64,000 nucleotides of DNA from Actinomycetes bacterium. Its GTDB lineage: Bacteria; Actinomycetota; JAHEXW01. A program made the position numbers and the translations under genes. This document shows positions 30,501-38,435 of this stretch, piece after piece. How positions within the stretch are numbered: position 1 is the stretch's first letter; the number at the start of each line of letters is the position of its first letter. The stretch spans positions 7,549 through 71,548 of the forward strand of contig JAHEXW010000005.1 of the NCBI GenBank assembly GCA_023251915.1, given 5' to 3'. The notes under the pieces were generated by a model. It saw only the letters and a program-made list of their open reading frames with translations, ran no database searches and had not been told where the DNA came from.

Positions 30501-32473
30501 CTGGTAACCCCAGCTGGCCGGCGACTTGGCCGACCGACGGCCGTGACGGCGGAGTGCCTAGCCCGACCGCCGTCGGTCCGAGCATGATTCAGATCGGCAC
30601 GGAAGGCGGACTCCTGCCCGCGCCGGTCGTTCTGCCGAACACGCCGGTCGGTTACGAATTCAACAGGCGGAACATCGTCGTCCTGAACGTGACCAACAAG
30701 ACTCTGTTCCTGGGCCCGGCTGAACGTGCCGACGTCATAGTCGACTTCTCGAACGTGCCCGACGGGTCGAAGCTGATACTGTACAACGACTCCCCGGCTC
30801 CCGTGCCGGCGAGCGACCCGAGATACGACTATTACACAGGTAATCCTGATCTGACCTCGACCGGAGGCGCGCCTTCGACCCTCCCGGGTTATGGTCCGAA
30901 TACCAGGACATTAATGCAGATCCAGGTGACATCGGCTCTGGGAACCGGTCCGGCGTTCAGTCTGCCGGCCTTGCAAGCGGCCTTGCCGTTGGCTTTTGCG
31001 GCGTCGCAACCGCCGGTAGTAGTGCCCGAGCCAACGTATCCGGCTCCTAATAACGGCGCCAGCAGCACGTACTCGAAGATCCAAGATACCCAACTGACCT
31101 TCAGCCCGGTCGGCGCCTTGTCGCTCGGCACTGGAGCTGTCGGCAGCGTCGTGTTGTCCGCGGCGGGATCAGGTTATGCGACTGCGCCTCTTGTGACCTT
31201 CACGGGCACAGGCACGGGTGCCGGAGCTTTGGCCACGCTGTCTGTCACCAACATAGCGGTGACCAACGGCGGGTCTGGCTACACAACGGCTCCGACGGTC
31301 AATTTGACCGGCGGCGGGGGCGCCGGAGCGACCGCGACCGCCACTGTATCCGGCGGAGTTGTCACTGGTGTGACGATCACTAATAACGGCCTACGCTACA
31401 CCTCCATGCCGACCGTGTCGTTTACCGGCGGCGGGGGCACACTCGCGGCCGCTACGGCAACCGGCGGAGTTAGTGAGGTTCTCGTGACAAGCGGCGGCAC
31501 CGGGTTTACGACCGCGCCCAGCGTCGTCTTTACCGGAGCGAATACTACGCCTGCTGCGGCAACCTCGAATTTCGACATCACCATGAACATGCGTCCCAAG
31601 GCTATACAAGAGCTCTTTGAGCTCAACTATGGACGGATGAACGCGACGTTGGGTGTTGAGTTACCATTCACCAACTTCAACATCCAGACAACCATCCCGC
31701 TGGGTTATATCGACCCGCTGACTGAGGAAATCAACATGTCAGCGTCGCCCGGACCGGTCGTTCTGGGTGACGGAACCCAGATATGGAAGATCACCCATAA
31801 CGGGGTGGACACGCATGCGATTCACTTCCATCTGTATAATGTCCAGTTGATCAACCGGGTCGGTTGGGACGGCGCTATCGTGCCGCCTGACGCTAACGAG
31901 TTGGGCTGGAAAGAGACGGTGCGCATGCATCCGCTGCAAGACGCTATAGTGGCCTTGCGGCCGGTCACACCGACACTGCCCTGGACCATACCCAACAGCG
32001 TCCGCTTGATGGATCCGACCAAAGCGGCCGGCGAGGCTATGACGGTGACCAACCCGGTAGACGGCAATCCGCTGGCCGTCACCAACGACCTTACCGATTT
32101 CGGTTGGGAATATGTCTGGCACTGTCACCTGTTGGGTCATGAGGAGAATGACATGATGCGGCCGGTCGCATACCGGACGGAGCCGCAGCCGAACACATTG
32201 ACGGCGGCTGCCGCTCTGCCAGGTGTGACGCTAAACTGGCTCAATCCGGCCGCCGGCTTGCCGCCGATACCAGCTGTCACACTGTATACGGTACAGAGAG
32301 CGACGGACGCGGCGTTCACTGTCGGGCTGACGACATTCACCACGCCGGCGCCGGCGATCACGTACACCGACGCGACAGCGGCCGCTCTGACCACCTATTA
32401 CTACCGCGTCAAAGCGAGCGGCGGCGGCAGCGACTCATCGTGGTCAAATACCACGATGATTACAACGCCTTAG
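27587..32473 (+). CDS. Large secreted multicopper oxidase (OmpB/MofA-like) with inserted FG-GAP-like and Gly/Thr-rich repeats and a C-terminal FN3-like domain
   Basis: All four Cu motifs: IHLHG, FYHDH, HAIHFH and WHCHLLGHEENDMM. Signal peptide; six ~56-aa SGD.....D....YDYG repeats; four GGSGYT.AP.V repeats; C-terminal TYYYRVKA. Confidence 0.88.
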   Translation: MRRSTIPVLITLAFYALAIMLVSTGRGLAAQNNRGMQAAPDSGMAAKQNGMGGTGTGVAYSSNKTAGAGAADLMMKRTTPAERQAAADRATAMRLLFPPKLNASGVIAQIPSVGTTDYFGNVPNYANSPLPTVLTTAATTMGVASMWSLGPANFDATRAKATSGDFNGDGLQDIAFIYDYGNATSRIWILESNGATFTPIMAWSSGPGNFDATRAQITSGDFDNNGRTDLAVLYNYGGSTSRLWVFKFVGTATTMTPTLGWYSGVGNFDASRVTMTSGTFDIDNLADVAMLYDYGSSTCRLWTFNSNGTIFTPHMAWYSGLGNFNAAMVKITSGDYDGGGTSDVAMLYNYGAATSRLWTFLSSGFTFTPHMAWSSGPGNFDATRAKITSGDYNADNISDVAALYDYGSATSRIWTFLSSGTAFTPHIAWFSGAGMFNASQATLINGNISLFGSAIIPILYDYGNATSNVWNFGANNSITTVTAGTGIRKFVDKLPGLTQAGANNVLQTNGVGQYLPVAVPDQGTALGGDYYEIAVVQYMEKLHSDLPATRLRGYVQLVTPVNTSLPGHLHTPLFYPDGVTPIMYTPVPAGPSVQAVALDPPSYLGPTVVANRNVPVRVKFYNLLPTGAGGDLFIPVDESVMGAGMAPGGTETYKQNRAVIHLHGGATPWISDGTPNQWITPAGETTTYPQGVSVYNVPDMPDPGPGNDRDGVETMFYTNDQSARLMFYHDHSYGTTRLNVYAGEAAGYILRDAEEAALVGGGTIGATPIAAGTVPADEIPLIIQDKSFVPDNTTPFTNTVGTFASQLAAQDPTWNVTGWGAKGSLWFPHVYMPNQNPADLTGGANAMGRWDYGPWFFPPLTTAAGLINGPVPNPLFGTTPLEASVNPGTPNPSLTPESFMDTPLVNGTAYPYVQVGRKAYRFRILNASNDRMLNLQLYYAKSNTPDSVDGAGNPTLQTNSGEVPMVPAVPHPGNPSWPATWPTDGRDGGVPSPTAVGPSMIQIGTEGGLLPAPVVLPNTPVGYEFNRRNIVVLNVTNKTLFLGPAERADVIVDFSNVPDGSKLILYNDSPAPVPASDPRYDYYTGNPDLTSTGGAPSTLPGYGPNTRTLMQIQVTSALGTGPAFSLPALQAALPLAFAASQPPVVVPEPTYPAPNNGASSTYSKIQDTQLTFSPVGALSLGTGAVGSVVLSAAGSGYATAPLVTFTGTGTGAGALATLSVTNIAVTNGGSGYTTAPTVNLTGGGGAGATATATVSGGVVTGVTITNNGLRYTSMPTVSFTGGGGTLAAATATGGVSEVLVTSGGTGFTTAPSVVFTGANTTPAAATSNFDITMNMRPKAIQELFELNYGRMNATLGVELPFTNFNIQTTIPLGYIDPLTEEINMSASPGPVVLGDGTQIWKITHNGVDTHAIHFHLYNVQLINRVGWDGAIVPPDANELGWKETVRMHPLQDAIVALRPVTPTLPWTIPNSVRLMDPTKAAGEAMTVTNPVDGNPLAVTNDLTDFGWEYVWHCHLLGHEENDMMRPVAYRTEPQPNTLTAAAALPGVTLNWLNPAAGLPPIPAVTLYTVQRATDAAFTVGLTTFTTPAPAITYTDATAAALTTYYYRVKASGGGSDSSWSNTTMITTP

Positions 32474-32494
32474 GTAGCTGCGTAAGATGCAATC

Positions 32495-32531
32495 AACCCC
32501 GGGAGGCTCCTGGCCTCCCGGGGTTTTCTTT
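32495..32531 (+). terminator. Intrinsic terminator
   Basis: AACCCCGGGAGGC-tcctg-GCCTCCCGGGGTT followed by TTCTTT, just after the multicopper oxidase. Confidence 0.9.
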
Positions 32532-32554
32532 ACTCAGAAGAGAAAGAGCGCGCC

Positions 32555-32740
32555 ATGCGAAGACTTGCTATTCCAATAATCATCACAGTCTGTTTCTACA
32601 TCATTGCAGCATTATTGCTGACGACAGGCTATGGTCCTTTCAAACAAGAGAACGATGAAATAAAGGCGCGGGCGAACTCGGCCGTTAACGCTCTGCAGCA
32701 AATGAGTTCGGAGCCGGTGGGCGATAAAGACTCCCGTTAG
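32555..32740 (+). CDS. Small protein whose N-terminus resembles the signal peptide of the upstream oxidase
   Basis: MRRLAIPIIITVCFYIIAALLLTTGYG vs MRRSTIPVLITLAFYALAIMLVSTGRG. Confidence 0.55.
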   Translation: MRRLAIPIIITVCFYIIAALLLTTGYGPFKQENDEIKARANSAVNALQQMSSEPVGDKDSR

Positions 32741-32811
32741 GCAACGCTCCGGTAACTGAGAAACGCCCGTCCCTCTCCTAATTCCCCCACAAATATTCTT
32801 TACACAGTCGC

Positions 32812-32842
32812 TTGACTCTAACGTTACGTAAGGGTTTAGAAT
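32812..32842 (+). promoter_or_regulatory. MerR-type promoter with 19-bp spacer and dyad operator
   Basis: TTGACT-19 nt-TAGAAT containing the imperfect dyad ACTCTAACGT-T-ACGTAAGGGT, directly upstream of the TipA/Mta-like gene. Confidence 0.85.
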
Positions 32843-32863
32843 CTTTATCAGGAGGTTCTAAAC

Positions 32864-33613
32864 ATGAGATTGACGGTCAAGCAAGTCAAGGAAGCTAGCG
32901 GCCAAAGCGTCAGAACGCTGCACCACTACGACGCGATCGGCCTGTTGCGGCCCGACGAAATTAGTGCGGCCGGATATCGTCTGTATTCAGCTGACGATCT
33001 GGAACGGCTCCAGCAGATAATGTTCTTCAAGGAGCTTGGTTTTAGCCTGGCCGACATCAAGGACATCCTGGACAGCCCGGGCTTCGACCGGCGGGGCGCC
33101 TTTCTAGAACACCTGGAGCTTCTGCGGCAAAAACAACACCGGCTGAACGGCCTGATTAAGTTAGTGGAACACAATTTAGAAGCATTGGACAAAGGAGAGA
33201 AAATGACTGAGGACAAGATGTTCGACGCGTTTGACGAAGCGACGATGGAGGAATACAAACAGGAAGCCAAGGAACGGTGGGGAAACACAGACGCTTACAA
33301 GGAAAGCATGCGAAAGACGGCGACCTATAGTAAAGAAGATTGGACGCGCATCGCCGCGGCCGAGACAGACCGGCGGGAACGCATCGCCGCCTTGATGGAC
33401 AAGGATCCGGGCGACCCGGCCGTGCAAGCGATTATGGAAGAATTCTTCAAATCCATCTGCGAGCACTACTATTCCTGCACGCCGGAGATATTCAAGAACC
33501 TGGGCGAGATGTACGTCGCGGATCCGCGCTTCGCGAAGAATTACGAAACCATCAAGCCTGGAATGGCGGACTTCATGCGCCAAGCGATGGCGATCTACGC
33601 CGACAAGAAGTAA
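32864..33613 (+). CDS. MerR family regulator with TipAS antibiotic-recognition domain (TipA/Mta-like)
   Basis: SVRTLHHYDAIGLL, GYRLY and LQQIMFFKELGFSL N-terminal motifs; C-terminal EAKERWG...LGEMYVADPRF. Confidence 0.93.
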   Translation: MRLTVKQVKEASGQSVRTLHHYDAIGLLRPDEISAAGYRLYSADDLERLQQIMFFKELGFSLADIKDILDSPGFDRRGAFLEHLELLRQKQHRLNGLIKLVEHNLEALDKGEKMTEDKMFDAFDEATMEEYKQEAKERWGNTDAYKESMRKTATYSKEDWTRIAAAETDRRERIAALMDKDPGDPAVQAIMEEFFKSICEHYYSCTPEIFKNLGEMYVADPRFAKNYETIKPGMADFMRQAMAIYADKK

Positions 33614-33648
33614 TGCCAAACATCTGATTTTGCGACCTGCTCAATGAA

Positions 33649-33689
33649 AGGGTCAGGCCCGGCGCGGGTATGCGACAGGGCCTGACCCT
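33649..33689. repeat. 12-bp perfect inverted repeat (terminator or REP-like hairpin)
   Basis: AGGGTCAGGCCC ... GGGCCTGACCCT downstream of the MerR gene. Confidence 0.6.
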
Positions 33690-33771
33690 ATTAACGTAAG
33701 CGGCGACGAGCAAATATCCTCTGGGCTCGAATGTCGCGGCTTAAGCCGCAAGGTCGAGCTCTCCGGCAAAC

Positions 33772-33811
33772 AAAAAACCTAGATAAGCCATATGGTTTAT
33801 CTAGGTTTTTT
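33772..33811 (-). terminator. Terminator hairpin after the duplicated tRNA-Gln 3' end
   Basis: AAAAAACCTAGATAAGCCA-TA-TGGTTTATCTAGGTTTTTT; A/T tracts on both sides. Confidence 0.8.
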
Positions 33812-34031
33812 GGCTGGGGCGGGAGGGCGTCGAACCGTCGGGCAGCCACCCAACAGTCTGCCCTCCTCAGAGGTGCAACCAAAGGTTTCCCCTCTGATAT
33901 CTCCCCTTCCTTGGTCCCGTCTCAAGGTGAAGCCTCTCCCCCTTGAGAATCCCCCTCAGGTTCGACCCCTCGGGAACAAAGTAAAACGCCTGGACAGTCC
34001 ATTGTTAGGTGTTATGAACTCTCTAGGCGTT
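33811..34031 (-). repeat. 221-bp tRNA-linked structured unit ending in a duplicated tRNA-Gln 3' end
   Basis: 33811-33828 is identical to the last 18 nt of tRNA-Gln and is followed by g-tcgaacc. The core at ~33837-33975 is homologous to 36170-36312. Confidence 0.85.
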
Positions 34032-34107
34032 TGGCTGGGGCGGGAGGGCTCGAACCTCCAATCTCCAGATCCAGAATCTGGCGCCTTACCGATTTGGCCA
34101 CGCCCCA
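34032..34107 (-). tRNA. tRNA-Gln (CTG)
   Basis: TGGGGCG acceptor stem; anticodon arm CCAGA-TTCTGGA-TCTGG; GGTTCGAG T-loop; encoded CCA; directly downstream of gltX. Confidence 0.96.
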
Positions 34108-34123
34108 ATAATTAAGACAAAAA

Positions 34124-35590
34124 CTATTTTAGCAGGTCTATCGCTCTCGTGACGCGAGCCACGACGCGGTCGCGGCCCAAGACCTCGACCATGTGGAACA
34201 AGCTGGGTCCCTGCATCCGCCCGCTGACGCTGACCCGCAGCGGATGAAACGCTTGCGCCGCCTTAATCCCTCGTTCCTCGGCCTGGCCGCGCAGCAGTCC
34301 TTCGATGGACCCGGCGTCAAAAGGCTCAACGGCCGCGAGTTTATCTTTTAAGACGGCCAAGTACTCTGGCACGTGTTCTTGGGTCATGATCTTCTGCCAG
34401 GCCGCCTCGTCGTAGGCATAATCATCGGTGAAGAAGAACCGGGTCGCGTCCACGATGTCCGGCAGAAGCTTCAGGCGTTCCTGCTCCAGAGCCACCACGG
34501 CTTCGGCATAAGCCATCTCGGCAGCCGACATGTCGTCAGCAATCAGACTCGCTTCAATCAGATAAGGCTTCACCAGTTCGAACAGCTCCGCCGGCGGGGT
34601 TTTGCGAATATACTCGCCGTTCATCCAGAGCAACTTCTCCGTGTCGAAGATGTTGGGGCTGCGCCCGACCCGTTCTAACGAAAATTCCGCAATCAACTCT
34701 TCATGGCTAAATATCTCCTGGGTCGAGCCGGGGCTCCAACCAAGCAAAGCGATATAATTGGCCACCGCATCCGGCAGATAACCCTGTTCCTTGTATTCCA
34801 TGACCGAGGTGGCGCCATGCCGTTTGCTTAGGCGCGCCCCATCGGGTCCCAGCGTCATCGACATATGAGCAAATTTAGGCAGGGGCGCGAAGCCAAGCGC
34901 CTCGTACAGCAATATCTGTCGCGGAGTATTGGAAATATGGTCATCACCGCGGATGATATGGGTGATCTCCATGAGATAGTCGTCGACGACGGCAGCGAAG
35001 TTATAGGTTGGCATCCCGTCTGTCTTCATGATGACAAAGTCGTCCAGCAGGCCCGCCTGAAACTTGACCTCTCCTTTTACGATATCGTCAATCACAATCT
35101 CGCCCGTCTCCGGCATAGCAAACCGCACAACGCAAGATTCTGAACCGGCTCGTTGTTCCGCTGCCTTCGCCGGTAGCTCGCGACATGATTTATCGTATTT
35201 AGGCGGTTGCCCGGCTTTCTGCGCCGCCTCGCGTTTGGCAGACAGCTCGGCCGGCGTGCAAAAACAGCGGTAAGCTTTCCCGCTTGTTAGCAGTTGGGCG
35301 ACATACTTGGAGTAGATATCCAGACGTTCGGTTTGAAAATACGGACCGTGGGCCCCGCCGATCTCGGGACCTTCGTCCCAATCAAGTTTTAGCCAGCGCA
35401 TCCCGTCGATGATGTGACGCACGGCCTCGCTGGTGGAACGCTCGCGGTCTGTATCCTCAACCCGCAAGACCAATGAACCGCCTGCGTGGCGGGCAAATAG
35501 GTAATTAAAAAGAGCCGTCCTGGCCCCGCCTATATGCAGGTGGCCGGTCGGGCTCGGCGCGAAACGCACGCGCGGCGCGGTGTTAGTCAT
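34124..35590 (-). CDS. gltX: Glutamate--tRNA ligase
   Basis: RFAPSPTG, HIGG, RVEDTD, YNFAAVVDD, IRGDDH and LSKR motifs. Start set at MTNTAP (ATG 35590). Confidence 0.97.
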   Translation of the reverse strand: MTNTAPRVRFAPSPTGHLHIGGARTALFNYLFARHAGGSLVLRVEDTDRERSTSEAVRHIIDGMRWLKLDWDEGPEIGGAHGPYFQTERLDIYSKYVAQLLTSGKAYRCFCTPAELSAKREAAQKAGQPPKYDKSCRELPAKAAEQRAGSESCVVRFAMPETGEIVIDDIVKGEVKFQAGLLDDFVIMKTDGMPTYNFAAVVDDYLMEITHIIRGDDHISNTPRQILLYEALGFAPLPKFAHMSMTLGPDGARLSKRHGATSVMEYKEQGYLPDAVANYIALLGWSPGSTQEIFSHEELIAEFSLERVGRSPNIFDTEKLLWMNGEYIRKTPPAELFELVKPYLIEASLIADDMSAAEMAYAEAVVALEQERLKLLPDIVDATRFFFTDDYAYDEAAWQKIMTQEHVPEYLAVLKDKLAAVEPFDAGSIEGLLRGQAEERGIKAAQAFHPLRVSVSGRMQGPSLFHMVEVLGRDRVVARVTRAIDLLK

Positions 35591-35639
35591 TTGACACCCC
35601 TTTCCTTCACGGATTATAACACAGGTAGGAGGTTTTCTA

Positions 35640-36005
35640 ATGATGAGACACCGGTTCACACTATTGCTGGCCGGAACCGCGCTGATAGCCGCGGTGGCCG
35701 GCGGCGGCTGCGGGAATGGATCCAACCAAACGAAGACGACAAATTCAAAACCCGCGGTACGGCAAAACTACGCGGTGGCGATCAAGAATTTCGCTTTCCA
35801 CCCAGCAAACCTGACGGTCGGAGCGAAGTCCAGGGTGACCTGGACAAACAACGACCAAGGGCCGCACACGATAGTAACAACGGTTTTTAACAGCGGCATG
35901 TTGGGCCAAAGCGAGACCTATAGCTACACTTTCATTAAGCCAGGCACATACCGGTACCACTGCGCAATCCACCCCTACATGGAGGGCGTGATTGTTGTCA
36001 AGTGA
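35640..36005 (+). CDS. Cupredoxin (amicyanin/plastocyanin-like) lipoprotein
   Basis: Lipobox GGGC; type-1 Cu ligands PH and YHCAIHPYM. Confidence 0.9.
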   Translation: MMRHRFTLLLAGTALIAAVAGGGCGNGSNQTKTTNSKPAVRQNYAVAIKNFAFHPANLTVGAKSRVTWTNNDQGPHTIVTTVFNSGMLGQSETYSYTFIKPGTYRYHCAIHPYMEGVIVVK

Positions 36006-36037
36006 CGGAAAACCACGTAGAATAGACTTTTGTTCGT

Positions 36038-36114
36038 GGCGCATTCGTCTAGAGGCCTAGGACACCTGGTTCTCAGCCAGGAGATCAGGGGTTCGAATCC
36101 CCTATGCGCTACCA
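36038..36114 (+). tRNA. tRNA-Glu (CTC)
   Basis: GGCGCAT/ATGCGCT acceptor stem; CCTGG-TTCTCAG-CCAGG anticodon arm; GGTTCGAATCC; encoded CCA. Confidence 0.96.
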
Positions 36115-36391
36115 ATGACCCCGAGTGACATCAAATGTTTGGCCGATGTCAGTCGGGGTTATTTATTTAGGGCACAGGGGATTCGAACCGAGGGGGGCTT
36201 TCCAGCGGGGGGAGAGGCTTCCCCCGCTGTCTTCGTTAAGGAAGGGGGAACTCAAGGGGGAAACCTTTGGTTGCCCCTGTGAAACGGCCGGACAGTTGGG
36301 TGGCCGGCCGTTGTTCGATTCCCCTATGCGCTACCAATGACCCCGAGTGACATCAAATGTTTGGCCGATGTCAGTCGGGGTTATTTATTTA
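36091..36391 (+). repeat. 222-bp-period tRNA-linked structured unit with a 79-bp direct repeat (tRNA-Glu 3' end plus terminator)
   Basis: 36091-36169 and 36313-36391 match at 78 of 79 positions and enclose a 143-bp three-hairpin core. Confidence 0.9.
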
Positions 36392-36407
36392 AGGTCAACA
36401 CAATGCC

Positions 36408-38420
36408 CTAGAACAACCTCATAATCCGCAGAGCGATGCCGCCCAGCAATAACGCCAGGACAACCGTTGTGGTAATAATCAAGGCGGCCCGCTTCCAACC
36501 GAGTTCCCGGCCGAGGACGGTGACGGCAGCCAAACAAGGAATGTAGATCACTGTGACAAGTCCATAAACGAACAGCTGGGTCTTGTCCATAAAGGTCAGC
36601 AAGTTATGGGCCGAATTACCATACTTGGCAACGGCAAAGGTCACCAAGAACTGCAGGGCCAGCTCTTTTCGAAGGACGGCGAAAATCAAGGCGACACCCG
36701 CAATCATCGGCAAGCCCAGCCAACCTTCCACCAATGGCTTCAGAGGCGCCGATAGGGGCCATATCCAACCCGTTTCATACAGGCCGCCAAGCACCAGGCT
36801 GCCCCCGATTACTACAGGCAAGGCGACATAGAAGAACTCCCTAAAGCGCCACCACGTCTTTTGCGCCATCGCCCTTAGCGACGGGCGCCGCAAACCGAAC
36901 ATCTCCATAACCAGCCCGGACGGCTCCCCCGGCAGAACCTTATTAATCCCCAACCCCAGCAGCAGAATCAGCAACCCGCTGATTGCGAAGATGGCAAGGG
37001 CGTACCAGATGCCGGCGTAGCGCCCGACGCCGCCGATGACGACAGTGATCCGCGCGCTGCAAGGAACGAGGACGATCAGCAGGGAGGCGATCGTCTTCTC
37101 CCTCCTGGTCGTTAAGACGCGTGTACCGATTAAAGCCGGCACATTGCAGCCCATTCCCGCAATCATCGGAATGACCGCCCGGCCATGCAATCCGAGTTTG
37201 TGTAGCATGGTGTCGGTTAGAAAAGCGATAGAGTTTAAGTAGCCCGAATCTTCCAGGACGGCGAGCATGAAATAGAAGACCAAAACGTAAGGCACACCGA
37301 TTGTTAAAGCTGCCTCTATACCGGCATCAAAACCCCACAGAAGGGTTCGGGCCAGCTCTCCCTGGCCAAGAAAACCATGTACGATAAACTTGATTGCCGG
37401 TGACGCTGTCACGGCCCACCCTTGCGACATTACCAAGCTTAGATAGTTGCCGACTACAAACAAGAATGTAAACAACAGCGCCAGAACCGCCAACATAATT
37501 GGAATGCCGGTCAACGGCTTAATTGTTAGGCCCCATAGCCGCTGGCTAAGCGGTTCGTCCGGACGGGCCATGGCGGTCGCCGTCTCGGCGATGACCCCAG
37601 CCAAACCGAACCTCTCTCGGCTGATTCGCGTCCCGGCTGATTCGCCGTGCTGCGCGGCTATCTTGGCGGCCAGGCGATCGGCTTCCGCGCCTACCTCTGC
37701 CCCGCCAGCGGCATCGGCGACTTTGCCCTTAATGTCCTTATCGTCCTCCAACAACATAAGCGCCAGAGCGCGGGCCGGCAAACCGTACGGCACCGCGTCC
37801 ATCTTGATAGCGACCGTGCTTGTCAGGGCCTCGATATCACTCTCGACGTCACGGCCGTAACTGATGCGGATAGGCTTAATTTTCCGCTCCCCTGTCGCCA
37901 CGCCGACGGCAGCGGTAAACGCCTCTGAGACGCCGCGGCCCTCGGTTGCCACAGTCGGGATAACTGGAACACCTAAGAGAGAAGCCAAGCGATCAGCATC
38001 GACCGTCATGCCCCGCCGGCCCGCCTCGTCAACCAGGTTAAGCATCACGACGAGCGGGATTTTGAAATCAATCAGCTGGAGCAACATGAAAAGATTTCTC
38101 TCGAGGTTCGTCGCGTCCAGCACGTAAATAACCGCGCCGGGCGGTTCTTCAAACAGAAAGCGGCGGGTAGCCATCTGGTCTTCTGCTGCTGCGCCGAACG
38201 AATAAGCGCCGGGCAAATCGATAACCCCGACCTTGTGTCCCTGGAAACTGGTGGTGCCTAGACAAAAATCTACAGTAACCCCGGGATAGTTGGCGCAAAT
38301 AACCCCAACGCCCGTCAGTTGGTTAAAGATTGCCGACTTGCCGACATTGGGATTCCCGGCCAATGCGACAGTGAAGTCGACAGGCTCACTGAACCGCCGG
38401 CTGATCACGCCATCAATCAT
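36408..38420 (-). CDS. feoB: Ferrous iron transport protein B
   Basis: GNPNVGKS, NYPGVT, DLPG and NLVDE GTPase motifs; LEDSGY, GCNVP and PCSAR membrane motifs. Confidence 0.96.
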   Translation of the reverse strand: MIDGVISRRFSEPVDFTVALAGNPNVGKSAIFNQLTGVGVICANYPGVTVDFCLGTTSFQGHKVGVIDLPGAYSFGAAAEDQMATRRFLFEEPPGAVIYVLDATNLERNLFMLLQLIDFKIPLVVMLNLVDEAGRRGMTVDADRLASLLGVPVIPTVATEGRGVSEAFTAAVGVATGERKIKPIRISYGRDVESDIEALTSTVAIKMDAVPYGLPARALALMLLEDDKDIKGKVADAAGGAEVGAEADRLAAKIAAQHGESAGTRISRERFGLAGVIAETATAMARPDEPLSQRLWGLTIKPLTGIPIMLAVLALLFTFLFVVGNYLSLVMSQGWAVTASPAIKFIVHGFLGQGELARTLLWGFDAGIEAALTIGVPYVLVFYFMLAVLEDSGYLNSIAFLTDTMLHKLGLHGRAVIPMIAGMGCNVPALIGTRVLTTRREKTIASLLIVLVPCSARITVVIGGVGRYAGIWYALAIFAISGLLILLLGLGINKVLPGEPSGLVMEMFGLRRPSLRAMAQKTWWRFREFFYVALPVVIGGSLVLGGLYETGWIWPLSAPLKPLVEGWLGLPMIAGVALIFAVLRKELALQFLVTFAVAKYGNSAHNLLTFMDKTQLFVYGLVTVIYIPCLAAVTVLGRELGWKRAALIITTTVVLALLLGGIALRIMRLF

Positions 38421-38435
38421 TCAACTCAACCCACT

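Noticed and set aside
36091-36391. Prophage/ICE attL-attR or CRISPR array
   Set aside because: Only 143 bp lie between two repeats, with no integrase or cas genes and no repeat-spacer series. Reported instead as a miniature tRNA-linked unit.
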